Source of the DNA: a virus
Reading direction: 5' to 3' (one strand)
Virus record (IMG/VR): IMGVR_UViG_3300017991_000060
Coordinates: 1-64,000 of that record
DNA length: 64,000 bases
The translations under genes and the position numbers were made by a program. The notes beneath the pieces are model-generated. The model did not search any database. It had not been told where the DNA came from and saw only the letters and a list, made by a program, of their open reading frames with translations. Position 1 is the first letter of the stretch, and each line of letters opens with the position of its first letter. Shown here in pieces: positions 45,564-55,800 of the stretch.

Positions 45564-45885
45564 CGTCCACCTCGTACGTGATCTTCGCCCCGAAGTTGGT
45601 GTGGTAGGGAAACTCCACCCCGATCCACTTCATCCGGTAGAGATGCTGCCGCACGCCCCAGGTCATGGACCGCGGCACGTACCCGATGTGCGTCCAGTCC
45701 CACCCTCCCTCGAAGTTCTGGATGTAGAGGTAGACGCCGATGGCGTCCGGGTCGTACGGGTCGTTCGGCTCCGGGCACAAGTACGGGAACACCCGGCCGA
45801 CCTTCGCCACCCCGGCCGCGCGGGCTATCAACGTCTGGCGACCCTCGAACGTCACGCCCGCGACCTTGAACTGGTAGACGCTCAT
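45550..45885 (-). CDS. HIRAN domain protein
   Basis: VAGVTF; EPNDPYDPDAI; IGYVP. Confidence 0.8.
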   Translation of the reverse strand: MSVYQFKVAGVTFEGRQTLIARAAGVAKVGRVFPYLCPEPNDPYDPDAIGVYLYIQNFEGGWDWTHIGYVPRSMTWGVRQHLYRMKWIGVEFPYHTNFGAKITYEVDDAAR

Positions 45886-46733
45886 CCTCCGAGGCTCCCT
45901 CCCACCGCCGGCTTCGGGTCCACCAAATAACGCGGAATGATCGACCAGGCGGGCGAGTGGCGCACCTGGCCGGAGTGCATCCTGCCGTGAAGGTCCTCCA
46001 GGAACAGCTTGGCCGCCGCGTACTCCTTGTAGGAGGGGGCGGCCGGGATCACCCGGAGGAGGTACGCCGGGTGGCGCGTGTAGCCGAAGGTGACGCCCTC
46101 GACCTCGTGCCAGGTATTCGGGTACATCCCCTTCACGTCATCGAAGAAGGCGCTCGCCGCGTGATCCCCGAGGAGGAGAACCAGGCCGGGGCGGAGCGCC
46201 CGAAGAAGGGACAGGAACCGCTCGGAACACGCCATGAGCTCCGCGAGCGTAGGGGGCCGATCACGGTCGAATCGATGATCGACCGGGCGGCAGCCCACCA
46301 AATTGATCCACCCCAGGTCGCGGTCCGGGTCGATGCCGACCTCGCGGAAGAGCTCGGACATCAACCGGCCGCTCGCCCCGACGAAAGGCTTACCCTTCAT
46401 GTCCTCGGTGCGGCCTGGGCCTTCACCGATGGCGACGATGGGACTGTAGGGGTTCCCCCGGAACAGCACGACGCACTGACGGCTCGTCGAGAGGTGGCAC
46501 CGGCCACAGTGCACGTACTCCCGCTCGATCATCGCTAGGCCCGTCGCCGGGTCGGGCGGCATCTGCGGGTAGTGGAGCTGGAAGTGCTCCAGTTGCGTGA
46601 TGGGGAGGGCGTTCTCGTGAGAGATCGCCCCGATTATCGTGGGGGCTTCGACGGGCCACGGTGCGACGTATGTAGACATGGGCACCGGCGCGTTCGGATG
46701 TGGGCGCTGGTGCATTGCTTGGTACACGAACAA
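45882..46733 (-). CDS. Uracil-DNA glycosylase family 4
   Basis: CGRCHL..RQC; IGEGPG; PFVGASG; HPAY. Confidence 0.85.
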   Translation of the reverse strand: MFVYQAMHQRPHPNAPVPMSTYVAPWPVEAPTIIGAISHENALPITQLEHFQLHYPQMPPDPATGLAMIEREYVHCGRCHLSTSRQCVVLFRGNPYSPIVAIGEGPGRTEDMKGKPFVGASGRLMSELFREVGIDPDRDLGWINLVGCRPVDHRFDRDRPPTLAELMACSERFLSLLRALRPGLVLLLGDHAASAFFDDVKGMYPNTWHEVEGVTFGYTRHPAYLLRVIPAAPSYKEYAAAKLFLEDLHGRMHSGQVRHSPAWSIIPRYLVDPKPAVGGSLGG

Positions 46734-46824
46734 GGCGCGCTCCTGGTGGCGTCTTTCACCCCGAATGACGCCGCTCTACGACCAACGTATTCAGGATATT
46801 ACCATGGCGCGTCCGGTTCGTCAA

Positions 46825-47274
46825 CTAGAGGCCGGAGAGCACCATCCTGACGAGGAACTTCAAGCCGATCTCGCCTACGCCCTTGAGCACACCGAGCACG
46901 GCGTTCCACGATTCCTCGCGCTCCTTGGACTCGGCCACGGCCGCGTCACCGGCCGCGTGCATGGCGGCCCGACGCTCTGCGAAGGTCGCCTGCGTCTCCA
47001 GGTAGAGACGCCGTGCCGCGGCCTCATCGCCGTCCTCCCAGTGTCCCATGAGGTGAGCGAACCCTACCTTCCCGAGACGGACGAACGGCTTCTTGTTGGC
47101 GTCGAGGAGGTTCAGGGCGTTGTACGCGGCCCTCGTGCCCTCCTCCCCGAGCCCGAGGCCCTTCAAGACATCCGCGGCTTTCCTACCTTCGTCGATGAGC
47201 TTGCCGAGGTACTCCTCGCCACCCTCATCGATGATGTCGTCGCCCTTCTTCTTCAGGGTTTCCATAAGGCTCAT
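46825..47274 (-). CDS. Hypothetical protein
   Basis: ORF track. Confidence 0.65.
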   Translation of the reverse strand: MSLMETLKKKGDDIIDEGGEEYLGKLIDEGRKAADVLKGLGLGEEGTRAAYNALNLLDANKKPFVRLGKVGFAHLMGHWEDGDEAAARRLYLETQATFAERRAAMHAAGDAAVAESKEREESWNAVLGVLKGVGEIGLKFLVRMVLSGL

Positions 47275-47537
47275 TTTCCGTCGGCCCCCTTCCGCGCGTC
47301 CATGCGCGCCTTGACTTCCTTCGGAAGCTCCTCGCCGGTGAGGACGTGGAGGATCTGCCAGTCAAAGTCGTAGTTGTCCTGGGCGATGAGCTTCGCCTCT
47401 TCGGGGAGTGCCTTGTCATTCATGTGCCCCTTATTCACCGCGACGGCGTCCTTCAGGGCCTTCTCTACCATGGGGTGGCCGGTGCAACAGCCCGCGATGC
47501 ACACCACGATGATAATGGTGAGAATCATCCTCCGCAT
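47271..47537 (-). CDS. Small lipoprotein
   Basis: Signal MILTIIIVVCIAGC with lipobox. Confidence 0.6.
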   Translation of the reverse strand: MRRMILTIIIVVCIAGCCTGHPMVEKALKDAVAVNKGHMNDKALPEEAKLIAQDNYDFDWQILHVLTGEELPKEVKARMDARKGADGK

Positions 47538-47538
47538 A

Positions 47539-48489
47539 TCAGTTCCTCCAGGTTAGGTACTCACGCATAATATCATCCCGCGACACGTATGGCTTCCACA
47601 CTACGCGCCCGACGAACTGTACGGTATCCCCATCGCACAAGTTCTTCCCGATGAGAGTGAAATCCCATGCGGGTTGTACCGGGGCGCGCCATCGCATCAC
47701 CGTGAACCTGACTTCGCGGCGAGACGTGCATAGCACATCGAACATCACCGCGTAGACCATACCCCCAACGCACCGCCCGAAATACAAGGGCAGCACCGGA
47801 TGCACCGCCGCCGAGGCGGTGAGGTTCAGGTCCAAGTCGGGGTCGCTGCCATCGAACCGGATGGTAGTGCCGGCCGGTGCGTAGCTCTCGCCCATCCTCC
47901 CTTGGACACGCCGCGAAGACGCCCACCCTCCCCCATCCACAGGAAACATGATGTCGGGGCTGGTGGCCGACAGCATGTAGGAGGCGAAGAACATCGCCGC
48001 GAACCCCTCAGGGGCGAACTCCGACGCGTCTAGCACCAATGCTGTGACCGCGAAGTCCACATAATGTGGCGGCACCACACGGTAGTCCACTTCACACTTC
48101 ATGCCCCGCACTCGCCCTCGCCCTCGCAGCCGAGCGCCGCCGGGGGTGGAGACGAGCTCCAGATGGGCATTCCTCGGGGCGAAGGCGTTATCGGGGTGTG
48201 GGTGCCCGCAGAGAACGTGCTCGAAATTGAGACCGCCCACGTTGAAAGCGGAGTGCTCGGCATAAGAGAGCGCCCGCACCCCGTTCAGGCCGCCGGCATT
48301 GCCGCCGAAAGTAGCTCGGATATCCCCAACAGCGACGTCCACTCCCCCCGCAGACGTGGGTGACGAAGCGTCCGCGCATCCCAAAGCGACTAGGGAAGCG
48401 GCCCCAACGATGAGAAAGATTCCCCGTCCCATGCCCACCCCCAGAACTTCCCGTCCGTGACCCCAGCGGCGCTCATAGCGGCTTGCCAC
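47539..48489 (-). CDS. Putative lipoprotein with atypical codon usage
   Basis: LIVGAASLVALGC lipobox; start uncertain. Confidence 0.55.
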   Translation of the reverse strand: MASRYERRWGHGREVLGVGMGRGIFLIVGAASLVALGCADASSPTSAGGVDVAVGDIRATFGGNAGGLNGVRALSYAEHSAFNVGGLNFEHVLCGHPHPDNAFAPRNAHLELVSTPGGARLRGRGRVRGMKCEVDYRVVPPHYVDFAVTALVLDASEFAPEGFAAMFFASYMLSATSPDIMFPVDGGGWASSRRVQGRMGESYAPAGTTIRFDGSDPDLDLNLTASAAVHPVLPLYFGRCVGGMVYAVMFDVLCTSRREVRFTVMRWRAPVQPAWDFTLIGKNLCDGDTVQFVGRVVWKPYVSRDDIMREYLTWRN

Positions 48490-48653
48490 GCGGCCAAGTC
48501 ACCATCGAAGTACCTTCGCGTCTGCCCCGGCTGGGGAGCGAGACACCCTTCTTCCACGCTGCACACCAACGCGATCCCGTCTCGGGCCGCATCACCATGG
48601 CAGTGTACGCGAATGCGATTGTCCCCATCGTCCGTAATCACACAGATGCCCAT
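48390..48653 (-). CDS. Small protein after the tail fiber gene
   Basis: ORF track; position. Confidence 0.5.
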   Translation of the reverse strand: MGICVITDDGDNRIRVHCHGDAARDGIALVCSVEEGCLAPQPGQTRRYFDGDLAAWQAAMSAAGVTDGKFWGWAWDGESFSSLGPLP

Positions 48654-48666
48654 CGTTCGCGCCTCC

Positions 48667-50190
48667 CTACGCGATCCTCGTCACGTTCACGCGGCCTGTC
48701 ATGCCGGTAGCCGCGTTATCGTTCCGCATCCACACAGTCGCAGTGGTGATGTTGTGAATACGCCCGCAAAATATGCCCCCACTCACGCCGACGAAATAGG
48801 GCGTGTTGAGAACAGGATCATGCCCGTTGTCGTTCGTGACCATACCGGTGATCTGGTAGTCCCCCAGCGAGCCCCCCAGACCGTGATTGAACACGGCGCT
48901 CGCGGAAGGGCCGCACGATGCCGTAGCGGTGAAGTGCCCCCGCACCCTTGGCGCGCTCCGCGTGATCGAGATGTTCTGGCCACCTGCGTCAGCCACGGAC
49001 ATCCCGGCGCCACTCGTCAGGTTGACGGCGCCCGTCTTGGCGCCGGGGGACAGGGAAGTAACGCCGGCTGCGGCTCCAGCCGCTGCGATCCCAACCCTGC
49101 CACCACCGGCATCCGACAGTGTGATGTTCGCCCCGGCCTTCAAGTGCGAAAACCGCGTGCCGACAGGGTTGCCACCAGAATCCTCAGCCTGGATCGGGGT
49201 GTTGACTCGGGAATCGTTGCCCTGCACCGCCTCCAATGATGCCGTGTCCAAGTTGGCGGCGAATTGGACCTTGCCCTTCTGCGCCTCGGTGCCGTCGGGG
49301 ATGTCGCCGGCCACCTGATCGGAGACGCGGTACACCTCGGAGGTGAACAGGGGGCGGTTCGGGTCGTTCCGGCTGAACACCTTGGGCACGCCGACGAGGT
49401 GCACGTCCGTCGGTGCCGGAGTGAGCGTGCTCGGGTCCACCGTCTGCTCCGCGCCGGACGCATCCTTGTAGTAGTAGCTCAGGGTCCATACCCCGGCTGC
49501 TTCGGTGATGCGTCCGTACACCTTCGCTCCGGCCGCCAGGTCGTTCTCGATCTCGTCACCGGCCTGGTCGAGAATCTGCACGTAGTTCGCCGGTGAGGTC
49601 GTGACGATGCCGACTTGGGTAGAGCTGCCACCGGAGTTCGGGACCACGGTACCGGCCGGGGCCTGGATGCGCGTCTCCGCGGCGAACATGGCGGACACGT
49701 CATCGCTCATGCCGGAAGGCGCGGAACCGAACAGCCCCTTGTCCACTCGGTACCCATCGAGGTCGCGCGAGAGGGCGATGAAGCCGTTCACCTGCCAGAT
49801 GTCGTTGTAGTCCACGATGACGGATGCCGTCTCGTCGATGAGGACGTAGGCCACCGGAGAGCCGACAGGCATGGGCGGGCCGTTATTCTGTCCAGGCGCG
49901 CCATCCAGGAACGCGGAGGCCGTCAGGACCTCGACGCCCTGGGCCACCTGGACGGTGCCGGTGAGATCGATATACACGAGGTCGTACCGCTTGGTCCCGG
50001 CGGACACCACGGAGAACCCTACAGTGAGCTGGTCGCCGCCGGTGAACTTGTCGTACACCGTGTCCGAACCGGCGAAGCCAAACCCGGCCTTCACCCGTAC
50101 CTGGTTGGCGGCCGGGTCCAACGGTTCGGGCCGGAACCAGGCGGCCGGTCCGATGTCGAGCTGACGTTGTGGCGTGGGGGTCAATGCCAT
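48667..50190 (-). CDS. Tail fiber / receptor-binding protein
   Basis: Gly/Thr-rich; DGTEAQKGKVQF fiber motif; position. Confidence 0.65.
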   Translation of the reverse strand: MALTPTPQRQLDIGPAAWFRPEPLDPAANQVRVKAGFGFAGSDTVYDKFTGGDQLTVGFSVVSAGTKRYDLVYIDLTGTVQVAQGVEVLTASAFLDGAPGQNNGPPMPVGSPVAYVLIDETASVIVDYNDIWQVNGFIALSRDLDGYRVDKGLFGSAPSGMSDDVSAMFAAETRIQAPAGTVVPNSGGSSTQVGIVTTSPANYVQILDQAGDEIENDLAAGAKVYGRITEAAGVWTLSYYYKDASGAEQTVDPSTLTPAPTDVHLVGVPKVFSRNDPNRPLFTSEVYRVSDQVAGDIPDGTEAQKGKVQFAANLDTASLEAVQGNDSRVNTPIQAEDSGGNPVGTRFSHLKAGANITLSDAGGGRVGIAAAGAAAGVTSLSPGAKTGAVNLTSGAGMSVADAGGQNISITRSAPRVRGHFTATASCGPSASAVFNHGLGGSLGDYQITGMVTNDNGHDPVLNTPYFVGVSGGIFCGRIHNITTATVWMRNDNAATGMTGRVNVTRIA

Positions 50191-50202
50191 TCTGCCTACT
50201 CC

Positions 50203-51081
50203 TTACCCGAGCGCCCGCTGAATGAGCAGCACCCGGTCGCCCGGATTGAGGACGAACCCGGAAAGGTCGATACCCTTGTTGCCAGCCGGGCCGCCCACGG
50301 GAGGGGTCAGGAAGCCCTTGTCCGTTTCGGTGTACTCGACCCCAGGGTATAGACGCTGCCGATTGAGGAAGGCGTCCACGAGGTTGCCGTTGACCTGGAA
50401 GTCGAACGTAGCGGCAACGGAAGCCTCTCCGCCAGTAGCGACGTAGTAAGTCATAGACGCCACGGTGCTCGGGCCGATGAGCGCGACGCCCGCGCAGTCT
50501 CCGCCGCTCGTGTTGACCAGGAAGGTGATGTACCAGGTGAACCGCATCTGGTAGGAGGAGGTCTTGGTGATCGGAGAGAACGCCTTGCGCGCGAAGAGGG
50601 ACCCAGCCCCAAGGAGGCCAGTGAACAACCCGGCCTCGGTGTAGACAAACCCGTTGCCCTCCGTCGTGGCCCAAGTCACCTCGGCACGCACCACGTTCCC
50701 GCTCGCCGTCAGCACCGCGGCTTTGCGCTGCCCCGTGGTCTGCTGAAGCGCAATGTCCGCGAGGATGGGCGGGTTCGCCGGGAACGCCGGATCTCCAAGC
50801 TCGATGTAGTTGAGCGCGGAGTTCGCCGCGCCAAGCGCCATCTGGGCCATGAGGACCTCGGCCTGGGAGACGACCAGGTTGTCGTCGTCCACCACCTTCA
50901 CCCACTCGTCGTCACCCTCCCGGCGCATCTCCACCACGAGGTGGCCGACCGCCTTCGGGGCGTAGTCGCCGCCGAGGAGGTTGTCGGAGCGGGACTGGGC
51001 GATCTCGCTGGCCGCCCGCCGCCCCGCCGCCCGCATGGCCTTTCTCGTCTCGATGTAGCGCCGGGCCTTCTCAAGTGCCAT
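50203..51081 (-). CDS. Baseplate/tail-fiber attachment protein
   Basis: YIELGD...YTEAGLF..LFARKAFSPITK. Confidence 0.65.
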   Translation of the reverse strand: MALEKARRYIETRKAMRAAGRRAASEIAQSRSDNLLGGDYAPKAVGHLVVEMRREGDDEWVKVVDDDNLVVSQAEVLMAQMALGAANSALNYIELGDPAFPANPPILADIALQQTTGQRKAAVLTASGNVVRAEVTWATTEGNGFVYTEAGLFTGLLGAGSLFARKAFSPITKTSSYQMRFTWYITFLVNTSGGDCAGVALIGPSTVASMTYYVATGGEASVAATFDFQVNGNLVDAFLNRQRLYPGVEYTETDKGFLTPPVGGPAGNKGIDLSGFVLNPGDRVLLIQRALG

Positions 51082-51090
51082 CGGACCCTC

Positions 51091-51579
51091 CTAACCCACC
51101 ACCACCGCGTACCCGTCTTGGGCGGCCGGGTGCGTGATGATGACCCTGTTCTCGGTCGAATGCTGTAGGATGTACTGATCGACCCCAGGTGCCAACGGCA
51201 CCGCCTGGAGCTGCCTCCAAGTGAGATCGAACACCTGGACAATTGGCTGGCTCCCGAGGTTGTGGTCGATCTGCCAGACGGCCAGACCCGGACTGTCCAC
51301 CTTCGTGATGATCTTCGCCGGTGCCGGATAGCCGAGCTGGAGCTGCTGGAACAACGTGCGCCAGTTGGTGTCGTAGAACATCTGGAGCTTCACGTTGTTC
51401 GGGTCCTCGTTCAGCACCCGCATCATGCCGTCCCTACGCTGCGTCGAGTCCGGCACGTCGGGGTCCGAGCTGAGGTTGGTCTGCCCAAGCGCGGTAAAGT
51501 TGTCTCTGACCTCCGAGGAGAGCGCCGGGGTCTTCGTCGCGGGCCGCTCGAACCTGAAGAGTTCACCTGGTTCCGCCAT
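51091..51579 (-). CDS. Tail-associated protein
   Basis: WQIDHNLGSQPIVQV. Confidence 0.6.
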   Translation of the reverse strand: MAEPGELFRFERPATKTPALSSEVRDNFTALGQTNLSSDPDVPDSTQRRDGMMRVLNEDPNNVKLQMFYDTNWRTLFQQLQLGYPAPAKIITKVDSPGLAVWQIDHNLGSQPIVQVFDLTWRQLQAVPLAPGVDQYILQHSTENRVIITHPAAQDGYAVVVG

Positions 51580-51588
51580 CTGAACCTC

Positions 51589-52842
51589 CTACCACAACCC
51601 ATCGGCGGGCGAAGCGCCTCCGGTGTCGATCTCCAACACGTCGAGGGGGCACACGATCTCCGCGCGGTCGTCGAACGGCGCCTCGGCCCCGACCACTGTA
51701 CCCAATGCGTCGAGCACTTCCACCAGCATCCCATCCTCGCCACGCACGGCCTCGTCGATGATGTAGAGATCCGAGAGTCCGAAGGAGAGCGGATCGCTCG
51801 GCACCGGATCGACGAGATTCTGCGCCGTCTGGGCGCACGACTCCTGGTCTGTCGCCCCAGGCTGGAGTGTGTCTTGGAACTCGACGGTGAGCCCGAGCGT
51901 CCGTAGGAGGACGTGGATGGGCTTGCACTCGTCGAGTCGCTCCAAGATGTTCGAGACCGCCTCCTCGTCGATCACCGGGGGGTCCACGCCAGCGGGGGAG
52001 ATGTTGATCTCGATGTCGATCCGCGCCGCCTGGTAGGGCCACTCCTCAGTGACCTGCTCGTAGTCCACCGTCACCGCGCCGACCGTGGCGGCCTGGAAGT
52101 CAACGGTGAACCGGCCGGTGGTGTGGTCTATCTCACCGAACACGACGCCACCGGCCCCTACGATATCGTCCGAGTCCTCCGAGGACCTAGCGGACGTGGT
52201 GCCATCGGTGAAGAGGACGGTGCCCGGCTTGATCGGCACGTTCGGGAGTGCGCCGGTGTACACCTGGTTCCCGGCCGGACCGACGGCCTGCCCCGTGATG
52301 GGCGTCGTCGCGTACCTGGACTGGTTGTAGTCGTTGTTCTCCTCGTACACGTCCTTCTTGTGCAGCGGGATGATGTCCAGCACCTCGAACCCGATCATGC
52401 GGTACCAAACCTTGATCCCGGCGTACTGGCCGATGCGCTTGTAGGCGTCCCGGAGCCCGAGGACGACGGCGCGCTGCATGTCCTCCGGGATGCTGACCTC
52501 CAGGTCGTACCCGAAGGAACGGGCGAGGACCGGCAGCATGTTCACCGGACACGTCATCGGATCGAGTAAAGCGTCAAGGCTCTCCAGAACTGCGAGGTCC
52601 TCGCCCTCCGCCTCTTCGATGGCGTACATGAAGTTCTGGATGATCGGCGTGAGGCCGATGGCGTCCCAAGCGAGCTGCACGGCCGCCTCGGGGTCGTTCG
52701 CCGTGTCCCACTCGGAGTCCGGGTCATCCCAGTGCAGGGCGTGCCCGAAGGTCAGCGATTGCTGGTCCTCCAGTTGGATTCGCGGGAGGAGGCGGCGGTA
52801 CAGGTCCACCCGAAGGCGGTTGTAGGCTTCGCGGTTAGCCAA
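51589..52842 (-). CDS. Baseplate wedge protein (P2 gpI-like)
   Basis: LDPMTCPVNMLPVLA; KPIHV. Confidence 0.7.
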   Translation of the reverse strand: MANREAYNRLRVDLYRRLLPRIQLEDQQSLTFGHALHWDDPDSEWDTANDPEAAVQLAWDAIGLTPIIQNFMYAIEEAEGEDLAVLESLDALLDPMTCPVNMLPVLARSFGYDLEVSIPEDMQRAVVLGLRDAYKRIGQYAGIKVWYRMIGFEVLDIIPLHKKDVYEENNDYNQSRYATTPITGQAVGPAGNQVYTGALPNVPIKPGTVLFTDGTTSARSSEDSDDIVGAGGVVFGEIDHTTGRFTVDFQAATVGAVTVDYEQVTEEWPYQAARIDIEINISPAGVDPPVIDEEAVSNILERLDECKPIHVLLRTLGLTVEFQDTLQPGATDQESCAQTAQNLVDPVPSDPLSFGLSDLYIIDEAVRGEDGMLVEVLDALGTVVGAEAPFDDRAEIVCPLDVLEIDTGGASPADGLW

Positions 52843-55800
52843 GCTGCACCTCCGGCGGTTTCTCCGTGAGGTTCACCCGGCCAAGCGACGCGATCTGGCT
52901 CCCGTCGATGGGAATGTCGAGGGACGGGGGAACGCCCGTGAGGCTGTCGTAGGTGAGCACCATGGCCCGCCCGGCCGCGACCGGGCTCCCAGCCAGAGAG
53001 GACACGTACCGGCCGCGGAGGTGGTCGAGGCGATCCGTGGGGAAGGTGTTCGCCGGTCCTGCCGCTGGCGGACCCCAGAGGCGGCCGGTGTGGTCCGCAA
53101 ACAGCCCCTTGTCCAGTCCGGGTGCCCCAGGAGTCTTCACTCTGAACACCCACCCCGAGTACATGAGGGTCGCCACATTTGTGACCCAGATGAGGAAGGT
53201 AGGAGAAGCCGCCGCGGCCGGAGGGGTAAGGAACGTGATAGTCCCACTGCCACCGCCGTACGCGATGACGTTCGTTCCCTCCGGGTCGAGACTCTCACCG
53301 TTGATGTCGCCGTTCCAGTTGTCATAGGCGTCCTCGAACGCGACGCCCGGCGTTGCGAGGTCCGTCAGTTGGAGCCGAAGGCGTCCCTCGCCGTCGAGCC
53401 CTCCTCGGGAGAAGTCCTGGCCAGTGGTGAACGCGAACTGCCTGGTCACGCCGTCCGGCACCGGGGAGAGCGTCGCGACGTAGGACCCCCCAGCGCCCGG
53501 TCCTGGAGCCGGGGCAACGGACCAGGTGAACTCGATCTTCCCGTCCTCGTACCGGATCGCGTACGTCTTGGTGATGTCCACGTTCCCATAGATCGCCTCC
53601 TCGCCGTCATCGTAGGCGAAGAGTACTCCGCCGGGCTGGAGGCCGTCAGCGTCGAAGCCGCCCCACAGGAACACCCGGCCCTCGTCGAAGGGGGAGAACT
53701 CGTCCGGGATGTACACCTCCACCGTCTCCGTTTGCCACAACGCACGGATGACGGTGGTAGGGAGCGCGTTCCAAGTGAACGCCACGTCGCCAGTCTGGTA
53801 GTTGACGGACCCCACCACCCCAACGGGAGGAGAAGTCTGTACGAGCGCGCCGGTTCCGTTGTCCGACACGACTTGCCCGCCGCTGTCCTGGATGGTCAAG
53901 GTGTTCTGGAGGACACCCGCGGCCAGCCGCCCGGCCATCTGCTGCGTGGAGCCAATCTGGAAGGAGTCCACCACACGCACCTGGTCGCCGCTCCACACAC
54001 CCTGGGGGCGGCGTTGGACGATGGGGTAGTAGTCCGTCGCGCCGTCCAACCGGCCGACGTTCCCGTCGCTCCCCCCGAGGTCTTCCTCGCGCGCGAAGTA
54101 CACCTCGGCCCTGGCCGTAGCGTACACGCGGCTCCCGATGGGCGGCGGGTCCGCGAACTGTAGGGAGAACACCCCAGTGCTCATGTCCACCGCATTCCCG
54201 GTGGAACCAGGCGAGATGCTGTTGTCGTTGTCGCCGGTGAACGCACCTTCCCCATCGTCAACGGCCTGTTGACCGCCGTCGGCGTCAGCGATGATGACGG
54301 ACTGCGGGACGAGGGCCGTGCCTTCCTGTAGCACCAGGTTCCCGGAGAACAAGACGGCGAACCCATCGCCGGTGCCGATCTCCTGGGAGATGCGCGAAGC
54401 GCCCGTCACCTTGATGATCTCTGCGCTCTCGACGCCACCCGTCTCTTGGATCGCGTTGTAAAGGCGGCTCACGCTCAAGTCCACGCCGGGGAGCACGAAG
54501 GCGCTGGAGAAGAACTTCTCGATGGACTGCCGAATGGCCGCCCACACCGTCTGGCGCGCCGCGCCCGTCTCCAGAATCACCGAGGCGTCGATGTCCATGA
54601 CGACGACCTGGCCGTCTACGACCTCCACGTTCGTGCAGATGGTGCGCTTGGAGTCAAGGTACTTCTTCACGGCGTACTTGAGCGGCGTGTTCGAGGTGGT
54701 GAGGTTCCCCTCGGAGTCCCTACCCCACGTCGCGATCTCAACGGTGTTCAGCTCCGGCACCGTCTGCTTCAGGTACGCCGAGGCGTGGGCGAGCGCGCCG
54801 TACACCTGGTCAAAGTAGGTAGCGGCGTGGGTGGTAAAGTCCAAACGGCGAACCGCACGGTCGCCAGATACGGCGAACTTGGGGGCGAAGTACCGGGCAT
54901 GATCCACCGACTCCGGCGGATTGCCGCCGCTCCCGGTTTCTAGGTTGTAGAGGCGGACGGACGCCCGAGCGCCACTCGGGAGGAAGCCCTGGACCGTCGT
55001 GTCAATCGCCCCAATGTCCACGTTCCCGCGGACACCTCCACCGACACGGTACCGGAACACGATCTCCGAACCGGCCGGAGGAATCAGTCCAAAGATCCCG
55101 TCACCGAAGAGAACGATGGCCGTGTCGTCCTGGTCGTAGGTGAGCTGGTACCGCTTCTGCGCGCCGACGATGAGATAGTGAACGTCGATCACATCCCCGG
55201 CCGCCGGGGCCGCCCCGTCCGCGACGGTACCGAACCGGATCTTCGTGGTTCCGTCCACCTCCTGGACCACATCGTATTCCAGGGGGGCGCCGGTCAGGCC
55301 GGACGCGAGGGGTGCCTGTCGCCACGTCACCGCGGCGGAAGAAGGTTGGCCGGATGGCTGCACGAGCAAGAGGATGCCATCCTCGTCGTCCGGGTCGATG
55401 ACGGCGTGTAGAAGGCTGAGAGTGAACTCCTGGTTGTCCGTCCCGTCTCCAACGAAGGTATCCCGCCCGCGCCGGTCGCCTTCGGAGAACACGAGGGACG
55501 GCACCTCCTCCCACAGCTCAGCCGCCACCTCCACCGTCACGGAGCCCTCGATGGTGTTCGGATGCTCCAGGGGGAACTTCTGCCACTTCTCCCCGGTGCT
55601 AACGTGGCGGACTTCCTTGGTGACGCCCTCGGTAAACACGATGAGATCGTCGGTAGTGCCATCCGGCCAAACCGGAGCACCAGCCGGGATCTGCGTGTCC
55701 TCCAGGAGCTCGAACGTCAGGTCGCCCACCTGGACCTTCAGGCCGGAGCGTAGGGTGATGGCCCCACCCTGAACCGGTACGGGCGTGCAGCGCACTGCAA

